A DNA stretch of 64,000 bases from an uncultured delta proteobacterium (GTDB lineage Bacteria; Myxococcota_A; Polyangia; Polyangiales; Polyangiaceae), in NCBI GenBank assembly GCA_963716725.1, contig CAVQUB010000005.1, positions 32,001-96,000 of the forward strand. The letters run 5' to 3'. The notes beneath the pieces are model-generated. The model was given only the letters and a program-made list of their open reading frames with translations. It made no database searches and was not told where the DNA came from. The translations under genes were made by a program, and so were the position numbers. Of the stretch, positions 39,104-48,633 are shown piece after piece (position 1 is the stretch's first letter; every line of letters begins with the position of its first letter).

Positions 39104-41361
39104 AACGACCTCGGACGTTCTTTCGAGCTTTGTTCCGCTGGGCCTTCTTGATTCTGCCCTTCGCGCCAAGCGGCTGTTTCTTCTGGTGCACCGTCAACGA
39201 AGAGGACAGCACCATGAAGTACGACGCCGACCTGCTGAACGATTCGATGCGCACGTTGCTCCGACCGGGTGCCTGCGCGCTGCGACCGTTCACGTCGACG
39301 GATCCGGGCGCCGGCGCGGTGAAGCTCGACCTGCGCTGGTTCGAGGGCAACGGCCGTCACCTCGCCTTCGTCAGTGGTAACTTCGGAGCCACGCTGGAAG
39401 TGAGCGCGGGCGGCGAGCTGGTCGCCACGGTCGCGCCGAAGGGCGAGCTCGATTCCGCCTCGGCGGCGCCGCTCGGCTCGGGCTTCTTGGCCCTGACCTG
39501 TCGGCAGGGCGTAGCGCGTCTGGCTCGGGTCGAGAAGGCGGCCGAGCTCGCGTCGACCTCCCTCAGCGTGGCGGAGTGCGACGCCGTGGTGGGCGCCGCC
39601 GCCGCTGCATCGCACGGTGTGCTGGCGACGCGGTCAGGAGACGCCATCGAGCTCAGCAACGTGGACGAGTCCCTCACCCAGACCGGCAACCGGACGACCA
39701 ACGCAGCCGGCGCGGCGCGGTTCAGGCTCGCCGACGAGCCGAAGCCCGGCGTGCTGGCAGTGGCCTTCCAGCTCGCATCCGGAGGATGGGTGTACCGCGA
39801 GGTCGATTCGAGCGGCGCCACGCTCGTGGAGCACACGGCCAGCCTCGGCGGCGACGTCTCCGAGGGCGTTCGCGCGCGGCGCGCGGTCGGCGGGGATCTG
39901 ATCGTGGCTGCCGATGACACGCTCTCACGTTGGCGTGTGGGCAGCGATGGCCAGATCGAGAACATCCAGTCCGCTGAGCTGCCGGACATCGGCCCGAAGC
40001 AGTGGTCGGCGGAGCGTTGGTTTGGCGGCGCCATGGCAATGCAGTCCGAGCCGAACCTGGACGAACCGGGCCTCGATGTGCCGCTGGCCTATCGTTCTCG
40101 CGCGGGCGGCAGCGACGGCTTCCTCGTGCTGAAGCCGCCCACCACCCCCTGCCGCGCCGAGGACTTCTGCCGCAACGTTGGCGAGTCGTCCCTTGTGGGG
40201 GTCATCGCTCACCAGGGCAAGCCCTGGGGCATCTACGACGTCTGGGCCTGGGCTCAGGCCGTCGAATCGAAGAAGCAGAGAGCCCTGCACGCGGTCTACG
40301 CAGCGCCGCTTTTCGACAGTGCAGAGCCCGCGAACGCCCTCGGCTGCGATGGCATCGACCTCGATGCGGGCTTCGACGGGGGAAGTGGCGGCAGCGGCGG
40401 CGGCGACTCCGGTGACGCGAGCGGCGACGTCGGCGCGGATGTGAGCGCGGGCGGCAGCGGCGGCGCGGGCGGCAGCGGCGGCGGCAGCGGTAGCGGCGGC
40501 GCGGGCGGTAGCGGCGGCGCGGGCGGCAGCGGCGGCGGCAGCGGTAGCGGCGGCGCGGGTGGCAGCGGCGGCGCGGGCGGCAGCGGCGGCGCGGGTGGCA
40601 GCGGTGGCGCGACCTGTGATGCTGGGACTACCGCGCCGCTCTCGGGTAGCCCGACGCTCGTCGGCGGGTTCGGCGTGACCGTGGAGGGGTTGGCGGTGGA
40701 TGGCGCCCATGTCTACGCCAGCATGCCCAACGCGAAGACGATCTCGCGCATCGCGCTGCCGTCGGGCTCAGCCTCGGTGCTGTACACAGAGGCGAACAGC
40801 CCGAGCGGGCTCGCAATGGTCGGCACCGATTTGTATTGGGTCACCGCCGCGGGCGAACTGCGCCGCGCCCCGGCGTCGGGCCTGGGTCCGGTGACCACGG
40901 TGGCGACGGTCGGGTCGAACGCGCGCTGCCTCGCGGTGGACGCCACCCACGCCAACGTGGGACGCAACACGCTGGCGCCTATCGCGCGGGTCACGCTGTC
41001 GAACGCAGCCATTCAGAACCTCGCGACCTTCGACGCAGCTTCGGGCATCGCCATCGGCAGCAGCGGGGACCTGTTCTTCGGCCACGTGGTCTCCGACTCG
41101 CTGTGGACGGTCCCGATCTCGGGCGCGGCGGCTAGCGAGTTCGTGAAGCTCGGCACTGGCCGGCAGGTCAGGGACCTCGAGCGCGACGGCACCACCGTCT
41201 GGGTCGCGTCGCTCAGCTCGGGCGAGATCTTGCGGGTCGACGAGACGTGCAAGGTGGTGTCCACCGCGTACGGCACCACGGCCGCCGCATTGGCGCTCTC
41301 GCCCACCCACGTGTATTGGACGACCTCAGGGACGTGGCAGGTGTTCTCGTTGCCGCGCTGA
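39100..41361 (+). CDS. Large exported (lipo)protein with Gly/Ser linker and C-terminal beta-propeller-like repeats
   Basis: PSGC lipobox-like; repeats GLAVDGAHVY, GLAMVGTDLYW, LALSPTHVYW. Confidence 0.75.
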   Translation: MKRPRTFFRALFRWAFLILPFAPSGCFFWCTVNEEDSTMKYDADLLNDSMRTLLRPGACALRPFTSTDPGAGAVKLDLRWFEGNGRHLAFVSGNFGATLEVSAGGELVATVAPKGELDSASAAPLGSGFLALTCRQGVARLARVEKAAELASTSLSVAECDAVVGAAAAASHGVLATRSGDAIELSNVDESLTQTGNRTTNAAGAARFRLADEPKPGVLAVAFQLASGGWVYREVDSSGATLVEHTASLGGDVSEGVRARRAVGGDLIVAADDTLSRWRVGSDGQIENIQSAELPDIGPKQWSAERWFGGAMAMQSEPNLDEPGLDVPLAYRSRAGGSDGFLVLKPPTTPCRAEDFCRNVGESSLVGVIAHQGKPWGIYDVWAWAQAVESKKQRALHAVYAAPLFDSAEPANALGCDGIDLDAGFDGGSGGSGGGDSGDASGDVGADVSAGGSGGAGGSGGGSGSGGAGGSGGAGGSGGGSGSGGAGGSGGAGGSGGAGGSGGATCDAGTTAPLSGSPTLVGGFGVTVEGLAVDGAHVYASMPNAKTISRIALPSGSASVLYTEANSPSGLAMVGTDLYWVTAAGELRRAPASGLGPVTTVATVGSNARCLAVDATHANVGRNTLAPIARVTLSNAAIQNLATFDAASGIAIGSSGDLFFGHVVSDSLWTVPISGAAASEFVKLGTGRQVRDLERDGTTVWVASLSSGEILRVDETCKVVSTAYGTTAAALALSPTHVYWTTSGTWQVFSLPR
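40447..40608 (+). repeat. Coding tandem repeat, about 18-bp units encoding AGGSGG
   Basis: GCGGGCGGCAGCGGCGGC reiterated with variants. Confidence 0.85.
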
Positions 41362-41477
41362 ATTCGGCGCGACACGCGCAGCGTTTGCTTTCAGCCCCCG
41401 AGACCTCCGCAAGGCGATTTGGCAGGGGGTGCAACGCCCTCCTAGCCACCCTGCGCTCGGCTTCCTAGGATGACCCG

Positions 41478-42095
41478 ATGGACGAGTCAGAGGCGTCGCC
41501 CGTGCTGATCGAGACCGAGCGGCTGGTCTTGACGCTGCTGCCACCTTCCGCGGCGCCACGCGTGCAGGCTTACTTCTGGGAGAACCGCGCCCACCTCGCG
41601 CCCTGGTCGCCGCCGACGCCTCCCGCCTACAACAGCGAGGAGTATTGGCGCTGGCGCCTGGAGCAGAACCGCGTCGAGTACCTCGAGGACCGCTCGTGTC
41701 GGCTGCAGCTCGGGTTGGCCAGCGACGCGGATGGCCCGGTGATCGGCCACGTCAGCTTCACGGAAATCTGCCGCGGTCCGTTTCAGGCATGCCACTTGGG
41801 CTACAACGTCGATCACCGTCACGAGGGCCACGGACTCATGCGTGAAGCGCTCCGCGCGGCCATCGATTTTGCCTTCGGTCGACTCGGGCTGCATCGGCTC
41901 AGCGCCAACTACATGCCGGTCAACGAGCGTTCCGGTCGTCTGCTTCGGGGCTTGGGCTTCGTGGTGGAAGGCTATGCCCGTGACTATCTGTTCATCGCCG
42001 GCGCGTGGCGTGATCACGTGCTCACGGCGCTCTACAACCCCGATCCGTCTCCGCCGGGGGTGCGAGCGTTTGCACTGCCACAATCACGAGGCTGA
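41478..42095 (+). CDS. rimJ: RimJ/RimL-family GNAT N-acetyltransferase
   Basis: TERL, HLAPW, CHLGY, GHGLMREAL, ANYMP.NERS, YLFIAGAWRDH. Confidence 0.85.
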   Translation: MDESEASPVLIETERLVLTLLPPSAAPRVQAYFWENRAHLAPWSPPTPPAYNSEEYWRWRLEQNRVEYLEDRSCRLQLGLASDADGPVIGHVSFTEICRGPFQACHLGYNVDHRHEGHGLMREALRAAIDFAFGRLGLHRLSANYMPVNERSGRLLRGLGFVVEGYARDYLFIAGAWRDHVLTALYNPDPSPPGVRAFALPQSRG

Positions 42096-44414
42096 GCGGC
42101 GTCGCCGTCGCAAGAAGGCGAGGGCGCTGGCCAAGAGCCCTGCCGCGAACCACGACGACCTGCCGCCGGGAACGGCGCTGCAGTCCGACAGAGAGTTCAG
42201 GTCTTGGTCGTAGGCGGAGGTTTCGACGTCAAGGCCGCCGCTGCCTCCGAAGCCGCTGCTGCCTCCGAAGCCGCCTCCGAAGCCGCCGCTGCCTCCGAAG
42301 CTGCCTCCGAAGCCGCCGCTGCCTCCCGTCGCCGGCGCTTTCTGCACCAGCTCGAGCTCGGTGAACAGCCCCATCTCGTCGCCCTTGTTCACGATCATGA
42401 CCCAGGCGTCCGTCGCGCCGGTGGGCACGTCGATCAACGCGTAGTTGGCCGCCCCCGTAGCGGGCTCGAAGAGCGTGGCGGCGTTCGAGCTGACTCCGGA
42501 CGAAGGATCGAACACGATCGCATCGCTGGCGAAGCGTACGAGCACCGCCGGCGAATAGGGATCGGCTTCAGGGCCGAGCTGCGAGCCGAGCGGGTGGTTC
42601 TGCCACTCGACCCGGAGCTTCTCGGTGGCCGCCTTCAAGGCCACGTGCGCCTGCAAGAGGCCGGGCGCGAAGCTCTCGCCTTGCTCGAACCCGACGTAGG
42701 GCTTGCCGGGCGAATAGAAGCCCTGGGCGATCTTCCAGTGTTTGCTCTTGAGTGGCTGGCCCTTGTACTCGAGCACGCGCTCGCAACGCGGCAGCACGCC
42801 CCGCTTCTCGAACTCCGTCTTCAGCGCGTCGGCGGCGGTCTTGCCCAGGGTCGACGTCTCGATCGCCGCTCGGAACAGCTCGGCCAGATCCTCGTAGCCC
42901 AGCTCGCCGCTGGGCGCGGCCATCATGGCGGTCACCAGCGCCGCGTCGAACTTGCCGCGGTCGGCCTCGGGCAAAGACTGCCGGGTGCTCCACAGCGCGG
43001 CCGAGAAGAAGGTCGAGTCGACGTGCACTTCGCCGGCCAGATATCCGGGGCAAGTGTCGGCGGCGTCGAGATCGCGGATCACGTCCCCGCCATAGCCGTA
43101 AGAGGTGTTCTTGGCGGCGTACTCACCCACCTGACCGTCGCCGGTCAGCGCGCTCGAGAAGTAGTCGGCGAGCCCTTCGTTCATGGCGCCGGGTGCCGGC
43201 GTTGCCCCCTGGGAATCGAGGTGCCAGTAGGGTGCAAAGTCGATGGTGCGATCGGTGAGCGCGTGCCCGAGCTCGTGGTAGACCACGTCGCCGTCGTAGG
43301 CGAAGTCGGCGTTCTTGCCTTGGCCGAAGAAGAGCCCGCCGTCGACGTTGTCGAAGAGGCCGGGGTAGGGGCTCTTCGGGCTGAAGAAAGCGTTGTCGTA
43401 GGACTGCAGCGGCAGCGCCGTGTTCTTCATCGTGGAGACGTCGCCGCTGTCCCAGCCTTGGGGAAAACGCAGGTTGGCCACCGCCGTCAACGGCTTGAAG
43501 TCGAGCTGGGGCATGCCCAATGACTCGAAGAACGCGTAAGCCTTGGCGGTGTGGAAGTACATGCTGACCTCCGCAAACTCGTCTTCGGGGGCGGTATTGC
43601 TGGCGAACTTGTAGGGGAAGTCGCCGCTCGCATCTGAGACCGCCTTGGGCAGCAGCTCGCACATGTGGATCTGGTACTTGCCGACGAGCTTCTGGGTGTC
43701 CACGCAGGTCACGGCCCGAATGCGGGAGTCCTCCAGCTTGGTCGCGCCCACCGCCAGGGAGCTCAGGGTCACCGGCGCGGCAGTGGGCGTCGAGACCGGG
43801 TTCTCTTCGTAGACGGTCGCGGCTCGATCGAAGCGCGTCGCGTCATAGGTGAGGATCAGTCTCCCCGTGTGTGCGTCGACGAGGACGACGGGCGAGCGCG
43901 GCGTGCCGGGGATCAGCCCGCGGTAGAGCACCCAGACCAGTCGCGCGGTGCCTCCGCGATCGAGCCACGCCAGCCGAACGTCGTTGGCACCGAAGTCGGC
44001 GCCGCGGGTGAACGCGTTTGCGCTCTGCGCGGCAGCGCTACGGGTGAGTGATGGCGTGTGCAAGACCGGGAAGCGCGGCGCGAGCCGAGCGGCCGCGAGG
44101 GCTGTCGGGTTGCCCCCGGCGTCGAGCACGACGCTGGCGCCTCGGGCGAGCACCGGGATGCCGTGATGCCGCTGCGCGAAGCGCACGACCCGGTGCCCGC
44201 TCGGCAGCGAGTGGGTGCGGGTGTGGACCAGGTCCAACTGGCCCGCCTCGGCCGAGCGAGACTTCAACACCTCCCGCGCGCGCGACACGGGGTCCGCCCC
44301 CTTGGGTGAGACTGGTGTGTTGGGCAGCAGCAGGCGCGGTGCCCCGCTGGCGACGGACGACAAGAGCAGCGCTGCGACGAGTGGGGTCAGGTGGGCCAAT
44401 CGGGGCGTACGCAC
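42084..44414 (-). CDS. Secreted thermolysin/fungalysin-like zinc metalloprotease with propeptide and MYXO-CTERM-like tail
   Basis: VRFAQRHHGIPV (FTP), VDAHTG (PepSY), DNAFF, HELGH, NEGLADY, GEVH; C-terminal C..-hydrophobic-RRRRR; GGAGG RBS. Confidence 0.88.
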   Translation of the reverse strand: MRTPRLAHLTPLVAALLLSSVASGAPRLLLPNTPVSPKGADPVSRAREVLKSRSAEAGQLDLVHTRTHSLPSGHRVVRFAQRHHGIPVLARGASVVLDAGGNPTALAAARLAPRFPVLHTPSLTRSAAAQSANAFTRGADFGANDVRLAWLDRGGTARLVWVLYRGLIPGTPRSPVVLVDAHTGRLILTYDATRFDRAATVYEENPVSTPTAAPVTLSSLAVGATKLEDSRIRAVTCVDTQKLVGKYQIHMCELLPKAVSDASGDFPYKFASNTAPEDEFAEVSMYFHTAKAYAFFESLGMPQLDFKPLTAVANLRFPQGWDSGDVSTMKNTALPLQSYDNAFFSPKSPYPGLFDNVDGGLFFGQGKNADFAYDGDVVYHELGHALTDRTIDFAPYWHLDSQGATPAPGAMNEGLADYFSSALTGDGQVGEYAAKNTSYGYGGDVIRDLDAADTCPGYLAGEVHVDSTFFSAALWSTRQSLPEADRGKFDAALVTAMMAAPSGELGYEDLAELFRAAIETSTLGKTAADALKTEFEKRGVLPRCERVLEYKGQPLKSKHWKIAQGFYSPGKPYVGFEQGESFAPGLLQAHVALKAATEKLRVEWQNHPLGSQLGPEADPYSPAVLVRFASDAIVFDPSSGVSSNAATLFEPATGAANYALIDVPTGATDAWVMIVNKGDEMGLFTELELVQKAPATGGSGGFGGSFGGSGGFGGGFGGSSGFGGSGGLDVETSAYDQDLNSLSDCSAVPGGRSSWFAAGLLASALAFLRRRRRSAS
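42234..42326 (-). repeat. Coding tandem repeat encoding a GGSGGF linker
   Basis: GCTGCCTCCGAAGCC-type units reiterated. Confidence 0.8.
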
Positions 44415-44670
44415 ATCGCCTCCCTGGGGTTCGCGGTGGGGCGCGATCCTTGGCAGCGCACCGGGGCCCGCGCAAGTCCAGGAGATCCCCAGGGGTTTTT
44501 CCCAATATCCGGGCCCCGACAAACTTTTTTGGAACCCCGGGGCTCTGCGGCCTGTCAATCCCCGCAAGAACACGACGCAAGCACGCCAGATGGGCGGCCC
44601 TCCCACACTGATGTGGGACGAAGCCCCGCCGAGCTGGTCCAGCGTCGCAACGCGAGGTGTGAGATCTGTC

Positions 44671-46209
44671 ATGGCCCAGTCAAATTCCGTCAACCCCTTC
44701 CTCTCGACCCTGACCAACTTCGACGCGCGCACGGCGTTCGGGCTCGAGCCGGCTCCGTTGGCGAATGACGACGCACCCATGGGCTACGCGCTGGTGCAGA
44801 ACGGCCCGGCCGTGAGCTCCGAAGAGTGCGAGAACGTCGCGGCCCGCGCCGTCGAAGTCACGGTGCTCTGGGGCGCGAACATCATCCACGTCGCGCACCT
44901 CGATCCTCCGCGCGCTTTTGCCGTCGGCGAACGCGCCAGCGAGGTCACGCTGCCGAGCGAGAAGCTCGGGACGGATCGTCTCGAGATCGTCAGCCTGATG
45001 GCGGGCGAGCCCTGCGTGACGGTCCCGGCCGGCGCGACGGCGCGCATCACGAAGTCGAGCGGCACCGAGACCGCGGCCCCGGGCGCCACCATCGCCCTCG
45101 CGCTGGGGACGCGCGTGGATCTGAGCTTCGGTGATCTGAAAGTGCAGATCGGCGGCGTGCACGCTGGCAAGCGCACCAAGCGTGCGTACTTCGCCGACGA
45201 CGACTCCTCGACGGCAGCCTTCTTCGGTCTGTCCGCGAGCATCGTGGCGGCCTTCGTCGGTGCGATGGCCTTCTTCGTGCCGGCCATGGGCCTGACGGAC
45301 GACGAGAGCAACGACAGCGACCGCCTGGTGCTGATCCAGCAGTACCTTTCGGCGAGCGCCGAGCGCAACCGCGAGCTCGACGAGAAGACCGCCGAGAACA
45401 CCGACACCGAGAAGGGCGGCGGCGAGCGCGCCGAGGCGGCGGCGAAGGAGTCCGGCGCCATGGGCAAGCCCAGCGCGAAGCTCGCGAGCAAGCGTGCGGG
45501 CGTGGCCGGGCCCAAGGACAACATCGACCCGCACATGGCGCGGGAGCGCGCCCTGAACGAGGCCCGCACCTTCGGCATGATCGGCCTGCTCAACTCGGGC
45601 CCTGGTGGGGATCCCAACGCCCCGACCGTGCCCTGGGGCCGCGATTCTTCCCTCGGCACCGATGACAAGAGCGCCCAGGGCAACATGTGGGGCGACGAGA
45701 TCGGCGACTCATGGGGATCCAACGGCCTGGGCCTGACCGGGATCGGTGAGGGTGCCGGCGGCAAGGGCGAGGGCATCGGCATCAACGGTATCGGCACCTG
45801 CGGCGGCACCGTGTGCTCGGGACTCGAGGGCGGCTTCGGCAACTCGCTCGGACGAAACGCGCCGGGTCACAAGACGCGCGTGCCGCAAATGCGGCCCGAC
45901 GGGTCGCTGAGCGTGTCCGGTCACCTGCCCTCGGAGGTCGTGCAGCGCATCGTCCGCCAGAACTACGGTCGCTTCCGCATGTGTTACGAGCAGGGACTGG
46001 GTCGTAACCCGAACCTGCAAGGTCGCGTCGCGGTACGCTTCGTGATCGGTCGTGACGGCGCGGTGAGCCGCGTGCAGAACGCGGGCAGCGACATGCCCGA
46101 CAGCGGAGTGGTGAGTTGCGTCGTCGGCGCCTACTACGGGCTCTCGTTCCCGGCACCCGAGAACGGCATCGTCACCGTGAGCTACCCGATCATGTTTTCG
46201 CCTGGCTGA
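44671..46209 (+). CDS. AgmX/PglI (GltG-like, TonB-C-like) C-terminal domain membrane protein
   Basis: VEVTVLWG, TM segment, Gly-rich region, VVQRIVRQNYGRFRMCYEQGL..NPNLQGRV.VRFVI...VSYPIMF. Confidence 0.85.
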   Translation: MAQSNSVNPFLSTLTNFDARTAFGLEPAPLANDDAPMGYALVQNGPAVSSEECENVAARAVEVTVLWGANIIHVAHLDPPRAFAVGERASEVTLPSEKLGTDRLEIVSLMAGEPCVTVPAGATARITKSSGTETAAPGATIALALGTRVDLSFGDLKVQIGGVHAGKRTKRAYFADDDSSTAAFFGLSASIVAAFVGAMAFFVPAMGLTDDESNDSDRLVLIQQYLSASAERNRELDEKTAENTDTEKGGGERAEAAAKESGAMGKPSAKLASKRAGVAGPKDNIDPHMARERALNEARTFGMIGLLNSGPGGDPNAPTVPWGRDSSLGTDDKSAQGNMWGDEIGDSWGSNGLGLTGIGEGAGGKGEGIGINGIGTCGGTVCSGLEGGFGNSLGRNAPGHKTRVPQMRPDGSLSVSGHLPSEVVQRIVRQNYGRFRMCYEQGLGRNPNLQGRVAVRFVIGRDGAVSRVQNAGSDMPDSGVVSCVVGAYYGLSFPAPENGIVTVSYPIMFSPG

Positions 46210-46243
46210 TCTCTCCCCGCATCGAACCCCGGTTCAGCCAGGT

Positions 46244-46273
46244 AGGGTCGCGTCACAGGACGCGGCCCTTTTT
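46244..46273 (+). terminator. Intrinsic terminator
   Basis: AGGGTCGCGTC-ACAG-GACGCGGCCCT followed by a T run. Confidence 0.8.
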
Positions 46274-46305
46274 CTATGCGCGCCCGGGATTGGGCCTCAC
46301 GCGCC

Positions 46306-47775
46306 TCACTTCGTGAAACGAATCACGCGGTCGAGGACCAGCGTGCTCGGATCGGGAGCGGTCTTGGTCTTCGGCTCCAGGTAGGTGCGGAAGGTGATGG
46401 TTCCCGATTTGCCCGCGGCGACGCCGGTCGGACAGCCCGCATCTGGGATCTCCAGGCACTTTGGATCGCCGGCGCAAGCGCGAGCGACCTTCCACGCATA
46501 GAGCTTCGACGCGTCCGGGTGCGACGGCAGGAAGGCGCTGGCGCTGCCGGCGTACTTCAGGTTGTCGATGGAGGCGACGCCGACCAGGTGATCCATCGCG
46601 TAGACGCTGAAATTCGAGTAGCTGGTCTTGCCCGACTTCACGTGGTCGACGCCCAGCACCACGAAGAAATCGTCGGGCGACGTGAACAGGGGCTGCGGCA
46701 GGGTAGTCGGGTAGTTGGTGTCGCGATTGTCACCGGCGCAGACCGCGTTGCCTTGGATGCAGGCCATGGGATCCGGAGTGCCCTTGCTCACGAGCATGAC
46801 CTTGGCGGTAAAGCCCGGGTTGGCGGCGATGACGGCGGCTTCCAGCGCGTCGAGCGCGCTGGTCAGCCCGGTCTCGGTGTCGGTGGTGTTCTTGGGGCGA
46901 GCCGCAGGTGTGGGCAGCGGGTTGGGCGCCTTCGGCGTCTTCGGCGTCACGCGCAGGAGCTGACCCGGGATGGCGTCGAGGTAGGTCTTGCCCTTGGCCG
47001 CGTCGCCGAACAACGCCACCCGGAACAGCACGCCCACCGTCTCTGCCGAGTCCTCGATGCCGAGCTTCACCAAGCTCGGATCGAAGGTCAGGGTGTTGAT
47101 CGCGGTCGCTGCCACGCCGGAAGCGACCAACGCCGCTGTCGCGTCGCTCACGGTGGTCTGGTCGGCCGCGGCGATGATGGCCACGGGCGCCTCGAAGGGA
47201 TCGGGCTCCCCGCCCACCTGAATGACGAGCTGGTTGAGCGTCTCGGACAAGCTGGCGAAGACCGGCTTGCGCGTTCCCGGTGAATCCTCTCGGTCCATCA
47301 AATAGGGCGTGAGCCCGAAGTACTTGGCGTCCGGCGGCGTGGTTCCGACCCAGATCACCGCTTCGTCTGCGCGCAGACGGTACGAGGCGGCGAGTCCTGC
47401 GTTGTCCTCGTTGAGATTCGCAGCGGTCTGCCCCGGCGCGCGCGGCACGTGGAACGCGGCGTAGGGACTGGTCGGGTTGTTGCCGGAGCAGCTCTTGCCC
47501 GCCGAGCAGCAATCCGAGAGATCGAGCAGCCGAAACGCGCCCTGCTGGACCAGAAAACCCTGGCTCTCGAGGGCGGAGCCTAGGCCGGTCTTGCCACCAC
47601 TGCCGGAGCTGCCGGCGGTTCCGCCACTGCCGGCGGTTCCGCCACCGGCCTGCGCGTCGCCGGCGTTGCCCCCGGCGCCGCCCGACGACGAGCCGGGGTC
47701 GTCGTCGCCGCCGCAGGCGAAGGCGAAAGAGAGAGCAAGCCCGAACGCGGACGCGAACGAATAGCGCAACCCCAT
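46306..47775 (-). CDS. Hypothetical lipoprotein with Gly-rich linker
   Basis: Lipobox FAFAC-GGDDD; long globular domain; strong GC3 bias. Confidence 0.75.
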   Translation of the reverse strand: MGLRYSFASAFGLALSFAFACGGDDDPGSSSGGAGGNAGDAQAGGGTAGSGGTAGSSGSGGKTGLGSALESQGFLVQQGAFRLLDLSDCCSAGKSCSGNNPTSPYAAFHVPRAPGQTAANLNEDNAGLAASYRLRADEAVIWVGTTPPDAKYFGLTPYLMDREDSPGTRKPVFASLSETLNQLVIQVGGEPDPFEAPVAIIAAADQTTVSDATAALVASGVAATAINTLTFDPSLVKLGIEDSAETVGVLFRVALFGDAAKGKTYLDAIPGQLLRVTPKTPKAPNPLPTPAARPKNTTDTETGLTSALDALEAAVIAANPGFTAKVMLVSKGTPDPMACIQGNAVCAGDNRDTNYPTTLPQPLFTSPDDFFVVLGVDHVKSGKTSYSNFSVYAMDHLVGVASIDNLKYAGSASAFLPSHPDASKLYAWKVARACAGDPKCLEIPDAGCPTGVAAGKSGTITFRTYLEPKTKTAPDPSTLVLDRVIRFTK

Positions 47776-47876
47776 GCGGGAGAAGCTAGCACCTGTGACG
47801 AAGGCGACCAACGCGACGAACGCGACCAACGCGACGGCGTGAAGCAGGAAACCGCGGGCGAGGAAACCCCGGCAGC

Positions 47877-48623
47877 GTGGTAGGCTGCGCTGTGCGATCG
47901 CTCCTCGCGACTTCGGTGGCCTTTTTGGTCGCGGGACTTGGCGCGTGCACTGTGGAGCCCGTCGAGCTCGACGGAAAGCGCTGCCCCTGCGCCGGTGGCT
48001 ACGTTTGCGACTCGGCGCTCAATCGGTGCGTCTTGCCGGGCGGCGCTGGTGGCACCGGTGCGAGCGGCGGTGCTTCGCCGACAGGGGGCGCTGCCGGTGC
48101 GAGCGCATCGGGCGGGGCTGCCGGCGCCAGCGGCGCCAGCGGCTCCGGCGGGAGTGCGACGGGTGGCAATGGCGGCTCCGGCGGGAGTGCGACGGGTGGC
48201 AATGGCGGCTCCGGCGGGAGTGCGACGGGTGGCAATGGCGGCTCCGGCGGGAGTGCGACGGGTGGCAATGGCGGCTCCGGCGGGGACGGCGGATCGACCG
48301 GGATCGACTGCGGAGCCGAGAACGTCTGCGAGGCGGGTCAGATCTGCTGCTACACCCAGAGCACGAAGATCGGAGTCTGCGGCGCGCTGGGAAGCTGCAC
48401 GTCTCCGCAGGTCCCCATCAGCTGCCAGCGCCCGTCGGATTGCCCCGGGCAGATCTGTTGTGGTCAGCTCAAGATCGGTACCACCTACCTCTCGGTGAGC
48501 TGCCAGTCGTCGTGCTCTGGCTGGAGTGAGCTTGAAATGTGTACCGGGCAGCCGTCCGTGTGTTCCGGCGGCGATACTTGTCAGAGCAGCACCGCTTTGC
48601 TCAATTTCTCGTTCTGCGGCTAG
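47877..48623 (+). CDS. Cys-rich lipoprotein with tandem-repeat linker
   Basis: Lipobox LGAC; CPCAGGYVC; C-terminal CC-containing repeats. Confidence 0.75.
   Translation: MVGCAVRSLLATSVAFLVAGLGACTVEPVELDGKRCPCAGGYVCDSALNRCVLPGGAGGTGASGGASPTGGAAGASASGGAAGASGASGSGGSATGGNGGSGGSATGGNGGSGGSATGGNGGSGGSATGGNGGSGGDGGSTGIDCGAENVCEAGQICCYTQSTKIGVCGALGSCTSPQVPISCQRPSDCPGQICCGQLKIGTTYLSVSCQSSCSGWSELEMCTGQPSVCSGGDTCQSSTALLNFSFCG
48141..48284 (+). repeat. Perfect 33-bp tandem repeat, 4 copies plus a partial copy (GSGGSATGGNG)
   Basis: GGCTCCGGCGGGAGTGCGACGGGTGGCAATGGC at 48141, 48174, 48207, 48240. Confidence 0.95.
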
Positions 48624-48633
48624 ACCGCCTGGC

